Origin: Candidatus Bathyarchaeia archaeon
GTDB taxonomy: Archaea > Thermoproteota > Bathyarchaeia > 40CM-2-53-6
Reading direction: 5' to 3'
NCBI GenBank assembly: GCA_049513715.1
Contig: JBEKVV010000001.1
Span: forward strand, 224,001 to 288,000
DNA length: 64,000 nucleotides
Position numbers and translations under genes: made by a program. This document shows positions 10,464 through 25,702 of the stretch, in pieces (position 1 is the first letter of the stretch; each line of letters starts with the position of its first letter). Below the pieces are notes generated by a model. That model saw only the letters and a list, made by a program, of their open reading frames with translations. It searched no databases and was not told the DNA's origin.

Positions 10464-11726
10464 TTGCACCTAGTCATCTACCGACTTCTCATTGTCGGGT
10501 TGCTTGTGATTTCGATGGTCTTCGCTGTTCCAAGCGCCCATGCCCAAACTTGCGGTTTCGGGATCCTAGGCGTTGACTCTCCGGTTACGTTGGCAACGAA
10601 TCAGAGTTTCGAGATTGATACTAAAGTGTCGGTTGATTGCGATTCAACGAAAGATTTTGTGGTTGTTGTGGTCGACGTTGAAGAACTTCCCTCGAACATC
10701 GTTCTTTCAACTACAGCCCATCTGTTCCCGCTTGAAACATTTGCTGGGTTGTCCGGGGTTGCGAATGCGACTTCGCACTGGTCTGCGAATGCGACTCTGC
10801 ACAACCAGTTAACCGCACCATCAATAGCGAGTTCATGGACTTTGCAAGTGCTAGGGTTCCTATACTTCGAAAACACTGGTGCTGCGGGCAGCGCACAGCA
10901 GAGCCCATTCACAATACAAGTCGGACAAGTACAGCCAACTGTGCGATGGGCGAATATTTCCTTGATTCAAAACGGTGGATTCGAGGATGGCATGGCAAAT
11001 TGGCAGGAGACGCAAGGTGTGGGCCGTTACGCGATCTCTCACAAAACGGTGCATGCAGGCGGTTCGTCTTTGTGGATGTATATGCCCCTTCCGCCCATTC
11101 CGCCAACTTCATCAGGCCCGGGGCCAAGCATGACTGTCACTCAAACAAACACGGTAACGATGTTGCGTGGGCTCTATGTTGAGGCGTGGGCAGACGGATT
11201 AGTACGGCTGCGAGTCAAGTTCGCGGGACTTATGGTAGACTACGATTTCGGCCAGGGATCGACCACTATGAGCATAGGTTGCGGAGGCTGCGCGTACGGC
11301 GTGAATGGTGTTGCTGTGGTCCGAGTGGGGTTGGCAGACTCTGGTTGTAACGGAGTGTGGTGTTCCCTAGAACGCAATGTCACTTCGGACGTTCAACCCT
11401 TCTTGACGATATCGCGGTACGCTTCGATCTTCAACCTTGCTCACCCTGTGCAAGTTACGCTCTCCGTTTTCCTTCATCAGTTCCTACCAGTGTGGCATGT
11501 CAGCTATGTTGATGACATTCAATTGTTCGCCTACGTTCCGCAAACGGCGCAACTACAGTCGCCACGAGAAACAACCTCCGCAGTTACGGTGGGCAGGACA
11601 CCCACAGCCTTCGGTCATCTTCCATCTCCCCAGACTAGACCAGACGGATTGAAACTAGACGTTTCCGTTGGTGGGTTTTATCTGGAATCTCCTACGGCTA
11701 AGCACTTACCAAAATCTGTGGAATAG
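10464..11726 (+). CDS. Secreted protein with possible carbohydrate-binding (CBM4/9-like) domain
   Basis: Signal peptide ending AHA-Q; LIQNGGFEDG...W start motif and YVDDIQL end motif of the jelly-roll CBM fold. Confidence 0.6.
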   Translation: MHLVIYRLLIVGLLVISMVFAVPSAHAQTCGFGILGVDSPVTLATNQSFEIDTKVSVDCDSTKDFVVVVVDVEELPSNIVLSTTAHLFPLETFAGLSGVANATSHWSANATLHNQLTAPSIASSWTLQVLGFLYFENTGAAGSAQQSPFTIQVGQVQPTVRWANISLIQNGGFEDGMANWQETQGVGRYAISHKTVHAGGSSLWMYMPLPPIPPTSSGPGPSMTVTQTNTVTMLRGLYVEAWADGLVRLRVKFAGLMVDYDFGQGSTTMSIGCGGCAYGVNGVAVVRVGLADSGCNGVWCSLERNVTSDVQPFLTISRYASIFNLAHPVQVTLSVFLHQFLPVWHVSYVDDIQLFAYVPQTAQLQSPRETTSAVTVGRTPTAFGHLPSPQTRPDGLKLDVSVGGFYLESPTAKHLPKSVE

Positions 11727-11850
11727 CATGTTCCTCGGGCCGACACATTGTGCTCAAAGACCTCGGAAAATTAGAGGAGGACTTTGATCTTCATCGTTGC
11801 TGCGGTTTGGTTTCGGCCGGGGTTATCCTCTTGGGTGATGGGTTGTGCGT

Positions 11851-12138
11851 GTTGGTCGTAACCCACCTTCTGTTTTAGGCGACATTCATCTAATCGGGAT
11901 ACCCGCGCCTCAGGCGGAGGTTCACAGGCGCCTATTATCCCTTTCACGGCGTGTGTAGGCCTTTCACCCTTACCGCTAGCCTCCTCAACGCAAGCGCATC
12001 ATAGTCCACGACTAGCGGAGGTCCGTTTCTGCGCCTTAACCCAGCCTCTCAGCTGGCACCTCGCAGTGCCACGCTTCCGCCACGTGGGTGGAGTTTCCTC
12101 AAGCCCCATACACATAGGGCCCGGAGTCGCCCACCAAC
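11851..12138 (-). ncRNA. rnpB: RNase P RNA (archaeal type A-like)
   Basis: Minus strand shows CR-I GAGGAAACUCCACCC, AGAAAC, UGAAAGG, CR-V AACAGAAGGUGGGUUAC; P1 GUUGGU/ACCAAC; P6-type pairing GGCGGA/UCCGCC. Confidence 0.95.
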
Positions 12139-12511
12139 TCGCCAACCCAACACATATGCACGCCACAGTGATACACAAGTGTTACGCTCCTCGAGGGAGT
12201 TCAAACGTGTCGTTCCTCAGCTAAATTTCTAATACAATGTAGCCTTTAACTGCCCTGAAGATTCCCTTGCAATAAAACAATCACTTCGTTGACTCACCAG
12301 AAGGCGGCCTGTGAACTTTCGTCGTCGCGATTCAAGGATTCGTAAACATGAATTATCTTTGCGAGGTTTCTGGCGTCCCCAATGCAGCTGGCATTGTCTT
12401 GGAGTTCACTTGTCATTTTCAGTGCATCAAAAGAATCCGAGTAACCTGAAAGGACCGTTCGTCTTGTTCACGAAAAGAAAGAAAAGGAGGAGCGGGCGGT
12501 GTTCGGGCGAA

Positions 12512-13054
12512 CTACTTCGAGCGTAGGACGATCAGGTATCCGATTCCACCACAGAAGAACCCGATTAGGCCAAGCCCGAGGAATACGGCGATTGGGTTCG
12601 AGTAGTATTGCAATATGCCGACATGTACCTGCCCTGTGCTCCAACCCATCCCACCAAAATTCTTTGGCTGCATTGCCGCGCCGCCGAGATATCCTCCAAC
12701 CATTGCTAGGATTGCTGCGCCAGCAACGCCAACGTTACCGAGCACCAGGTGTATCCATGAGAGCGCCTTGGCGATGCCCTTGTACACTTTGCCTTGGACA
12801 GTTTCAATGAAGAAGTAGAATAGGGATGTTACGGCCGTGGCGAGTACTCCGACGATGAGATAGGTGAGGTATCCGACAGTGAACCATGTGCCTGCTTCAC
12901 CGCCAGCGATGACTCTTGAGGCGGAAACCTGCAGTATACCGATTTGGTCGCCGAAGCCTCCCAAGAAGGTGATCACTGCTGCGATTGCGCCTTGGGCTAT
13001 AGCTGCGTAGAGGAAGAGTGCTGCCATTTTGCTTGTTTTTCCTTTAAGTTCCAT
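12512..13054 (-). CDS. Hypothetical four-TM membrane protein
   Basis: Four hydrophobic helices, SWIHLVLGNVG segment; start taken at ATG 13054 (MELKGK) downstream of a TATA-like element. Confidence 0.65.
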   Translation of the reverse strand: MELKGKTSKMAALFLYAAIAQGAIAAVITFLGGFGDQIGILQVSASRVIAGGEAGTWFTVGYLTYLIVGVLATAVTSLFYFFIETVQGKVYKGIAKALSWIHLVLGNVGVAGAAILAMVGGYLGGAAMQPKNFGGMGWSTGQVHVGILQYYSNPIAVFLGLGLIGFFCGGIGYLIVLRSK

Positions 13055-13422
13055 TGTCAAATCAACCGGCGGTAAATACCGGGCAACCGAATATAAGTGA
13101 AATGTATAGTTTGCATATAGACAATTTACGAGACAGTCAAACCAAAAAACCAAACCAAAACGAAGTAACACGTTCTCCCCACAAAGTTACGCCCCCACCC
13201 CCTTCCCACTCGAAATAATTGGAGGGCGCGGGGCCAGAAGAATATCAGAAAACCTATCGGAGTTCTCGTTTCAGTTTGCGGTCCTGCGCCTAATCAACCC
13301 GTACGCGAATATCATGGAAACCGCCAAGACCGGGAGGCCCAACGGATACTCAGGATTCGATCCTTTTCACGGGTTCATTTAATACACCGAAAATCTAAGC
13401 CACCCGAAGCTGGGTTTGTTGG

Positions 13423-14028
13423 TTGGGGTACTTTCAATGGGGAACGAGAAGGGCTCTTCCGCTTTCATCCCCGACCATCATTTTGATCCTGCTCAACTGC
13501 GTGGTCTACGTCTTCCTCGTTCTAGGCGGTGACCCTGCCTACAATTTCCTCGCCCTCTCAGGCAACGCTTTCTACCAAGCGCACGCTTACTGGCAACTCC
13601 TAACCTCAATGTTCGTACACTTCGGAATTCTGCACATCGCCTTCAACATGTACGGCCTCTACTACTTCGGGCGGATTAACGAAAACGAATTCTCAACACC
13701 TCAATACCTCGCCATCTATTTCGGGTCCGGCCTCATCGGGAACATCGCATCCCTTTTTCTGCTTGCACCGGACACGCTTTCCGGTGGGGCCTCCGGAGCT
13801 ATCTTCGGGCTTCTGGGTTCATACGTGGTCATTGAGAGACGGGCTCGCCGCATGGGTATGGCGTTAGGCTACGCAGCCTTCATCTTGATCATAAGCGCCC
13901 TGAGCGGCCCGGACGTAAACAACTTCGCTCATCTGGCCGGATTGTTGGGAGGTCTAGCGCTCGGACTAATGTTCGCGCCAAAGCGTGCAATGGGGGGATA
14001 TAATATTGGCTACACCTACACAACCTAG
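13423..14028 (+). CDS. Rhomboid family intramembrane serine protease
   Basis: WQLLTSMFVH, HIAFN, GASGAIFG (catalytic Ser), AHLAG (catalytic His). Confidence 0.92.
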   Translation: MGYFQWGTRRALPLSSPTIILILLNCVVYVFLVLGGDPAYNFLALSGNAFYQAHAYWQLLTSMFVHFGILHIAFNMYGLYYFGRINENEFSTPQYLAIYFGSGLIGNIASLFLLAPDTLSGGASGAIFGLLGSYVVIERRARRMGMALGYAAFILIISALSGPDVNNFAHLAGLLGGLALGLMFAPKRAMGGYNIGYTYTT

Positions 14029-14053
14029 AATGCATGTGCCAATCCTAGTTGAA

Positions 14054-15712
14054 CTAGTCTAGCATGGGCATCTTGATTTGCTTCTCTCTGGCAACCTTTT
14101 TTGATGCGTCATAGCCCGCATCCGCGTGCCTAACAACGCCCAATCCTGGGTCAGTAGTTAGGACTCGTTGCGCTCGTATCTCCATTTCACGCGAACCATC
14201 TAGGACCAGGCACATGCCAGCGTGAATGCTGTAACCGATTCCTACACCGCCACCGTGGTGCACTGAAACCCACGTTGCTCCAGCAACAGCATTCAACAAC
14301 GCGTTAAGGATTGGCCAGTCCGCCACCGCATCCGATCCATCTTTCATGTTCTCAGTCTCCCGCCGCGGCGAAGCCACGCTGCCTGTGTCCAAGTGGTCGC
14401 GGCCCACCCAAATTGGCCCAGACAATTGCCCAGATGCGACCATATCGTTCACTATCTTGCCGAATCGGGCCCGTTCCCCGTAACCCAGCCAACAGACCCG
14501 TGCTGGTAGGCCTTGGAACTTCACCTGGGCACGAGCCTTTTCGATCCAACGGACGAGGTCCTTGTTGTAGCCAAACTCTTTCACTATCATCTCGTCGATC
14601 TTGAAAATGTCCGACGGTTCTCCCACAAGTGATGCCCACCTGAAGGGTCCCCGCCCTTCACAAAACATTGGGCGTATGTACTCGGGCACGAAGCTTTGAA
14701 ACGCGAAGGCCTCTTTCAACCCAGCGTCGAAGGCTTGTTGTCGTATGTTGTTTCCATACTCGAAAGCAACCGCGCCACGTTCCATCATTTGAATCATGGC
14801 TTTGACGTGAACCTTCATACTCTCCTTCGCTCGACGCAAGTATTCTTGCGGTTCGTTCTTACGGAGTTGATCTGCCTCGTCGAGGCTTAGACCCGCGGGG
14901 TAGTATCCTCGCAACGGGTCGTGAGCCGAAGTCTGATCCGTCACAATATCCGGTGTGATTCCGCGCCTCACCAACTCGGGGTGTATCTCAGCTGCATTAG
15001 CGAGTAAACCTACACTCAGGCTTTGCTTGGACTCTTTCGCAGCGATCACCATCCGCATGGCTTCGTCCAAATCATCCGTCCACTTCTCAACGAAACCATG
15101 TTTCAGCCGACGCTCAATAGCAGCCTTGTTAACTTCTACAACCAGCGCGACTCCATCGTTCATGGTTACGGCGAGTGGCTGCGCGCCCCCCATTTCACCG
15201 AGCCCGGCCGTCAGAGTAATCCGCCCTTTGAGCGTGCCGTTGAAATGTTTCTTGGCCACTGAGGCCAGGGTTTCATAGGTGCCTTGAAGTATCCCTTGGG
15301 TGCCAATGTAAGCCCAGGATCCCGCGGTCATTTGCCCATACATTATGAGGCCTTTCTGCTCCAGCTCGTAGAAATAGTCCCAGGTAGCCCACTTGGGAAC
15401 AAGCATCGCATTCGAAATGAGCACCCTCGGAGCCCATTCATGAGTTTCGAAGACCGCGACCGGTTTGCCGCTTTGTATCAGAAGAGTCTCATTCGGTTTC
15501 AATTCCTCCAGGGTTTGCGTGATCTTCTCAAAGCATTCCCACGAACGAGCAGCCTTTCCGGTTCCTCCGTATACGATCAGGTTCTCTGGGTCCTTCGCCA
15601 CCTCTGGGTCGAGGACATTGTGAAGCATCCTGTAAGCGCCCTCAATCTGCCAATTGGCGCAATGAAGCTTCTTCCCCGCCACAGCGGCAGCCGAGGGTTT
15701 GAATTTCAACAA
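14054..15712 (-). CDS. hutU: Urocanate hydratase
   Basis: [58 protein letters not shown]. Confidence 0.98.
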   Translation of the reverse strand: MLKFKPSAAAVAGKKLHCANWQIEGAYRMLHNVLDPEVAKDPENLIVYGGTGKAARSWECFEKITQTLEELKPNETLLIQSGKPVAVFETHEWAPRVLISNAMLVPKWATWDYFYELEQKGLIMYGQMTAGSWAYIGTQGILQGTYETLASVAKKHFNGTLKGRITLTAGLGEMGGAQPLAVTMNDGVALVVEVNKAAIERRLKHGFVEKWTDDLDEAMRMVIAAKESKQSLSVGLLANAAEIHPELVRRGITPDIVTDQTSAHDPLRGYYPAGLSLDEADQLRKNEPQEYLRRAKESMKVHVKAMIQMMERGAVAFEYGNNIRQQAFDAGLKEAFAFQSFVPEYIRPMFCEGRGPFRWASLVGEPSDIFKIDEMIVKEFGYNKDLVRWIEKARAQVKFQGLPARVCWLGYGERARFGKIVNDMVASGQLSGPIWVGRDHLDTGSVASPRRETENMKDGSDAVADWPILNALLNAVAGATWVSVHHGGGVGIGYSIHAGMCLVLDGSREMEIRAQRVLTTDPGLGVVRHADAGYDASKKVAREKQIKMPMLD

Positions 15713-15761
15713 ATGTGATCACTCAGTACTTCGTGAATCTCGCGATTTTAACCTTCAGCAA

Positions 15762-17036
15762 CTATACTACAAGAGTCCTATCTTTCACGACGATCTTTCC
15801 ATTTTTGACCACAGTGCTGATCTGGTTCATTCCTATGCGGTAGGCGAGAAATTTGTAGTCGGGAGCTTCGAATATTGCGATGTCCGCCTTCTTACCCGGC
15901 TCAATGCTGCCAATCTCGTGCCCTCTTCGAACTGAGTGTGCAGCATTGATTGTTGCCGCCGTAATCGCTTCAGCGGGGGTCATTTTGAGTTTGTAGCATG
16001 CGAGTGCGAGCACCAATTGGTAGTTCTCAAGCCAACAACTAGGGCTAAGGTCACTGCCCAGCGCAACTGCGACTCCTTCAGAAATCATTCGCCTCGCGTC
16101 AGCGTATCGGTCCAGCATCAACGTTAACGGCGCAGCTGGCAGAAGGGTCGCAATCACGCCTGCCTGCGCCATTCGCTGAATGCCCCGCTCAGAGGCATAG
16201 AGCAGATGGTCGGCTGACACGGCCCCAAGCGTCGCCGCGAGTTCAGCGCCCCCAAGCGGGTAGAGCTCGTCGGCATGAATTCTTGCAAGCAACCCCGCGC
16301 GTTGACCTGCCTCCAGAATCGTACGTGATGCTTCGATTTCAAAGACGTTTTTCTCGCAGAATACATCGCAGAACTCTGCGAGTTTTCTTTTCGCTATTTC
16401 TTTTACCCATTCTTGGGCAACCTCGGTGACGAAATCTGGCACCTTTCCTTCATACTCTGGAGGAACGGCGTGTGCGCCGAGGAACGTGGGAACTAGCGTT
16501 AGCGGCCCTTTGCCATTCAGCTCATCGATCACTTCCAACGATTTGATTTCATCATTCAAGGTGAGGCCATAACCGCTTTTGGCCTCAATGGTCGTTGTTC
16601 CATGAAGCAATAAGTTGCGGCTCCTTTGCAAGCAGATCTGCAGAAGTTGACTCTTGCTTGCACCACGAGTATCGCGAACCGTTCTAAGGATTCCACCTCC
16701 CTTCTGCAGAATTTCCAGGTAACCCGCTCCTTTGATTTTCAACTCAAGCTCATTCTCTCGAGATCCTGCAAATACGAAATGTGTGTGCGCGTCGATGAGG
16801 CCTGGTGTTACAACCTTTGCGGATGCATCGATTCGCTCATGGGCCGAGTATTCGCCACCTATCTCGCTCGACTTCCCAACGGCCGCAATGTTTTCGCCTT
16901 TGATTGCGACGGCGCCGTCTTCAATGATAGCGAGCTCTTGCATCTCTTCACCAGTTGCTGGCCGCTGACTGTGGCCTCGCGAGGTCACGAGTTGTTGTGC
17001 GTGTTCGATAATCAGGTCGACTTCCGTCTTGGGCAA
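15762..17036 (-). CDS. hutI: Imidazolonepropionase
   Basis: PGLIDAHTH, GTTTIEAKSGYGL, FLGAHAVP, IHADEL, SADHL; adjacent to hutU. Confidence 0.96.
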   Translation of the reverse strand: MPKTEVDLIIEHAQQLVTSRGHSQRPATGEEMQELAIIEDGAVAIKGENIAAVGKSSEIGGEYSAHERIDASAKVVTPGLIDAHTHFVFAGSRENELELKIKGAGYLEILQKGGGILRTVRDTRGASKSQLLQICLQRSRNLLLHGTTTIEAKSGYGLTLNDEIKSLEVIDELNGKGPLTLVPTFLGAHAVPPEYEGKVPDFVTEVAQEWVKEIAKRKLAEFCDVFCEKNVFEIEASRTILEAGQRAGLLARIHADELYPLGGAELAATLGAVSADHLLYASERGIQRMAQAGVIATLLPAAPLTLMLDRYADARRMISEGVAVALGSDLSPSCWLENYQLVLALACYKLKMTPAEAITAATINAAHSVRRGHEIGSIEPGKKADIAIFEAPDYKFLAYRIGMNQISTVVKNGKIVVKDRTLVV

Positions 17037-17135
17037 GTTGTTTACCTCAATTTCCTTTGGAGCGCTTGAAGATTTGTCCGAATTGTCTTGATTTAGTGAT
17101 TTGGCGCTGTTCCGCCTTTGTTTGACATCACCATG

Positions 17136-17142
17136 TTTATAT
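17136..17142 (+). promoter_or_regulatory. Probable TATA box of the rRNA operon
   Basis: TTTATAT ~300 nt upstream of the 16S gene, in the hutI/rRNA divergent region. Confidence 0.45.
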
Positions 17143-17440
17143 TGGCGCCGAGGGCGTATTCATGATTTGTTAACACATCATTTCGATGGATTAACTCCCG
17201 CGATTACCCGGCGGCGGCGTCAACTTGACAAGCAGGGCTAGTGCCCTCGAATGAAATGTTGACCTCCAACTGCGGGAACAAAGATGAAGGCCTGAACAAA
17301 CTTGGGCACTCACGGCGTCCATGATAAGTTTAGGTCCAAGATTGGCTTGCAGTCACTCTGCCAAATTCCAGTCCGTTCAATTTCCTTGAAATTGAATGCG
17401 GTCTCAATTCCAAAATCGTCCTAGCTAACACAACTTGCCA

Positions 17441-18989
<1,549 letters not shown>

Positions 18990-19130
18990 TAGTAATATCC
19001 GTGGAACGGACTGGAAGGCAAATGAATAGTGACTGCAAGCCTAGTTGCGTACCGATCATGCAGCTTCTAAGCTGAAGCTCAGAAGCGAAGGGTATAGTGG
19101 TCGTTCATTGAACCGAACGATCATGATGAA

Positions 19131-22277
<3,147 letters not shown>

Positions 22278-22452
22278 AACACCACAACCACCGTTATTTT
22301 TTCGGCCATTTACCCGTAAGATGACGGGACGATGGGTCGCTGAACCGGCTGATTTCTGCACTGTTTTTCTTGTTGGGACTGGTTTTGGGTTTGTCGAATG
22401 GGATTCCGACGGAAGCTACTACATACGTCACTTGCCGTTGCTGGGTCTTGAG

Positions 22453-23598
22453 TTACCTGCGGGGCCGCTCAATGGCCGCGCGTCCGTTCCTCTTGACAAG
22501 CAACTTCTTGGGCGCGCGAAGGCGTCGGAGTTCAGTGAGGCACCGGCTTAGGTCGAATGTCCATCCCTCTTCATCGTCGAACAGTTCATAGGATATTGTC
22601 TGTGTCTCCCGAGCGGAGAAGTCCAACCTAACCGAAGAGAAATCGTTGAGCATTCTCGCTTTGGCCATCTCGGAGAAGAAATCGAACATGCTTAAGAGCT
22701 GAGATTGGAGAATGGTCGTTCGCACAATGAGAGTGTTTTTGCGGAGAACCTTCGAGAAGCCTATAATGAAGAATAGGTCGTCTATGAGAGAGACTAACTT
22801 GTTTAGCGACGATTCACTTGTGAACTCGAGCATGATCTCATGGTACGCTGAGACCTCCGGAGGGTAGGGATGGACGTCAAGCGCGAAGCTGCCGATTATC
22901 CCGTTTGGAATCAGCCTCTTATCATAGCGGTATTTTGCGCCGGGGAGAGTCATCTCAAGCATCGAGGCAAGGTCCGTGTATCTCCTTCGGCCATTCTTCT
23001 CAAGTTCCTTTACAATAAGCAGGTCTTTCCTGTCAGCGAGATTGGGATAGCCGTCAGGGTCTGATATAGTTCGTTGAGGTTTGATCTTCTTGAGGGTGTT
23101 GAACCATCGTTCCCATGGAATCGTCCATTGATTTGCGGCGGGATTGTAGTATTTGAAGTTAGGAAAGTTCGGTTGCTGTTCTCCGGTCTGAATGATTTCG
23201 AAGCGAGTGATCAATCCTAGTCTGAGGACGGATCGCAGATACTCTTTGAACTCATCAAGAAACTTGACGGGGACGGCGTGAACTGAGTGGTGTGTGAATG
23301 CGCCTTCGCAGCGGTTGATTGACCACCACCAGTTGGGTATCTTGAGAGCCGCCTCCGCGCGATCCTCATAGCCTGATCTTGCGGTGACCAAGACTACTAG
23401 CCTTGTCATGCCGAACCTCGATATGTTGGGAATCAAGTAAGCAACACGCCGAGAACGGGCTTCAAGTTTTGCCACGCGATGGTACACCGAGGTGAATGGA
23501 ATATTGGTCCGTCTGGACACTTCTAGGAGGTTCCTCGGGCCGTATTTCCACATGGCGGAGAGTATCTTGATGTTTGTTCGGTCGAGTTGCTTCGCCAT
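22453..23598 (-). CDS. Tandem Lrp/AsnC-like winged-helix transcriptional regulator
   Basis: Two HTH modules: LDRTNIKIL...VSRRTNIPFTSVYHRVAKL and DRKDLLIVKELEKNGRRRYTDLASML; start taken at MAKQLD. Confidence 0.8.
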   Translation of the reverse strand: MAKQLDRTNIKILSAMWKYGPRNLLEVSRRTNIPFTSVYHRVAKLEARSRRVAYLIPNISRFGMTRLVVLVTARSGYEDRAEAALKIPNWWWSINRCEGAFTHHSVHAVPVKFLDEFKEYLRSVLRLGLITRFEIIQTGEQQPNFPNFKYYNPAANQWTIPWERWFNTLKKIKPQRTISDPDGYPNLADRKDLLIVKELEKNGRRRYTDLASMLEMTLPGAKYRYDKRLIPNGIIGSFALDVHPYPPEVSAYHEIMLEFTSESSLNKLVSLIDDLFFIIGFSKVLRKNTLIVRTTILQSQLLSMFDFFSEMAKARMLNDFSSVRLDFSARETQTISYELFDDEEGWTFDLSRCLTELRRLRAPKKLLVKRNGRAAIERPRR

Positions 23599-23739
23599 CT
23601 CTCTGACTGGTTTGACGGTGTCCGTGATGTGCACGGTTTCTGTCTGCAATGCAAACAACTGCGATTAGTACTGCTACCTGAGTTTATTATTCTTATCAAA
23701 AAATATGAAATGGGAGTTTTGCTTCGAGGGTTAACAGGC

Positions 23740-23871
23740 TTACAGTAGAATGGCTGCGATTATGTTGTGAGTGCCTCCTCCGCCCGGGTCGCCCGCACTG
23801 ACGTGAGTAAGGGTCAGCGCTACGGTCAGTAGAACGGACGCGGCAAGGGCGAGGAACATGAACTTGTTCAT
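23740..23871 (-). CDS. 43-aa signal-peptide-bearing small protein (below ORF-track cutoff)
   Basis: MNKFMFLALAASVLLTVALTLTHVSA-GDPGGGGTHNIIAAILL; perfect SD GGAGGTGA at 23880-23887. Confidence 0.7.
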   Translation of the reverse strand: MNKFMFLALAASVLLTVALTLTHVSAGDPGGGGTHNIIAAILL

Positions 23872-23987
23872 GCTTGGATTCACCTCCCGTATATGAAGCA
23901 ATGTCAAGGTACTTAGTTTTTTACAAGAACAGGTTAAAGAGCAGGTAATCGATTTCCCACCGAGCGTGGGAGTGCGCAGAGTCAGTT

Positions 23988-24224
23988 TTGTGCGATCATT
24001 GCGAGGCCTTAGAGAAGACGTTGGTTCCTCTTCTGGGAGCCAAGACGACCGAGATTATTCTTGGGAGAGTGAAGCGAGAATTGCACAGCGATTTGGCTGT
24101 GGAGGTTAGATTCAACCGCAAAATTCCGGATGTTGGGCTTGGCCGGATTGAACCGGGGACGCGGCGACCTCTTCTAGCCGGTCAAATCAGAAGGGGTAGC
24201 AGAATGAATCGTAATTCTAAATAG
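23988..24224 (+). CDS. Hypothetical small protein
   Basis: 78-aa ORF with N-terminal CxxC and amphipathic helix, filling the gap before coxM; no family recognised. Confidence 0.35.
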   Translation: MCDHCEALEKTLVPLLGAKTTEIILGRVKRELHSDLAVEVRFNRKIPDVGLGRIEPGTRRPLLAGQIRRGSRMNRNSK

Positions 24225-24275
24225 TGCAGAGGCAGCTGGCTTTTACGAGCTGTCGGAATTGAAGGGTTCTGTTCT

Positions 24276-25151
24276 GTGATTCCCCCACGTTTTGATTACG
24301 TCGCGCCGCGTGAGTTGGCCGAAGCTGTCGACTTTCTTGAAAAGCATGGCGATTATGCAAAGATCCTCGCTGGAGGACACAGCCTCATTCCTTTGCTGCG
24401 TTTCAGATTTGCAAGCCCCAAGTATCTGGTGGATATCAACGGCATTTCCGATCTCGAGTACATGCGCGAATCTGATGGCCACCTGCATATTGGGCCCCTC
24501 ACTCGCTATGTAGATGTCGAGAGCTCGAAGTTAATTCAGTCGAAATATGCGGCACTGTCGGATGCGGCTGGGCATATTGCTGATCCACTGGTTAGGAACA
24601 TGGGCACGGTTGGGGGCAACGTTTGCCATAGTGACCCAGCGAACGACCTGCCCGCGGTCATGTTGGCTCTCGGAGCCTCAATCATTGCAGTTGGTCGTGC
24701 TGGTGAACGTGTCATCCCCGCTGAAGAGTTCTTCGTGGACACTTTCCAGACTGCACTGAAGCCAACCGAACTCCTCAAGGAGATTCTGGTACCGATTCCT
24801 CCTGCACGCACGGGGAACGCTTACCTCAAGTTGGAGAGAGGAGCGGGCGACTTCCCCGTGGTCGGCGTCGCAGCCCAAGTAAGACTTGATGAACAGGGCA
24901 GCTGCGAAGCCGTTGGGCTAGGTTTGACAGCGGCCGCTCCCAAGGTGCTCAAACCCAAACGTGCGGAGACCTTTCTCGAAGGTAAGAGGCTCAGTGAGAA
25001 GGAGATTCAAGAGGCAGCGTCTCTTGCGGCTCAAGACGCACAACCAGTATCCGACATACGCGGTCCAGCAGAATACAAACGAGAAATGGTCCAGGTTTTG
25101 GCGTTTCGAGCCTTGCAGCAGGCTCTAGAGCGAGCACGAGGAGGGGCCTGA
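24276..25151 (+). CDS. coxM: Molybdo-hydroxylase FAD-binding subunit (CoxM/CutB-like)
   Basis: [38 protein letters not shown]. Confidence 0.92.
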   Translation: MIPPRFDYVAPRELAEAVDFLEKHGDYAKILAGGHSLIPLLRFRFASPKYLVDINGISDLEYMRESDGHLHIGPLTRYVDVESSKLIQSKYAALSDAAGHIADPLVRNMGTVGGNVCHSDPANDLPAVMLALGASIIAVGRAGERVIPAEEFFVDTFQTALKPTELLKEILVPIPPARTGNAYLKLERGAGDFPVVGVAAQVRLDEQGSCEAVGLGLTAAAPKVLKPKRAETFLEGKRLSEKEIQEAASLAAQDAQPVSDIRGPAEYKREMVQVLAFRALQQALERARGGA

Positions 25152-25153
25152 AC

Positions 25154-25651
25154 ATGTCTCTGCACCACATCGTTGTGACGGTGAATGGAGAGAAGCGCGA
25201 AGCCGAAGTAGACTCGCGCCTGCTTCTGGTGCATTTCCTCAGAGAGACGCTGGGGCTTACGGGCACACACATTGGTTGCGATACAAGTAACTGCGGCGCA
25301 TGTGCAGTGATAATGGATGGCAAAGCAGTCAAGTCCTGCACGATTCTCGCCGTGCAGGCAGATGGGAAGGAGCTACTCACTGTTGAGGGGTTAGCGAAGA
25401 ATGGAAAGCTCCACCCCGTGCAGGAGGGCTTCCTGAAGAAGCACGGTCTTCAATGCGGTTTCTGCACGCCAGGAATGCTCATGACATCGTACTGGCTTCT
25501 TCAAAAGAACCCGAATCCAACGGAAGCGGAAATTCAAAGGGGAATTTCCGGAAACCTCTGCCGATGCACAGGTTACGTCAAAATTGTCGAGGCAATCCAA
25601 TACGCGTCGCAGAAGATGAGGGAGAGCAATGCACAAGTTCAAACCAAATGA
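25154..25651 (+). CDS. coxS: Molybdo-hydroxylase 2Fe-2S subunit (CoxS/CutC-like)
   Basis: [10 protein letters not shown]...[19 protein letters not shown]. Confidence 0.95.
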   Translation: MSLHHIVVTVNGEKREAEVDSRLLLVHFLRETLGLTGTHIGCDTSNCGACAVIMDGKAVKSCTILAVQADGKELLTVEGLAKNGKLHPVQEGFLKKHGLQCGFCTPGMLMTSYWLLQKNPNPTEAEIQRGISGNLCRCTGYVKIVEAIQYASQKMRESNAQVQTK

Positions 25652-25702
25652 CGGATATCAAGACCGTTCTGTCACACAAAGAAACTTGGCGGGTGGTTAT
25701 CC

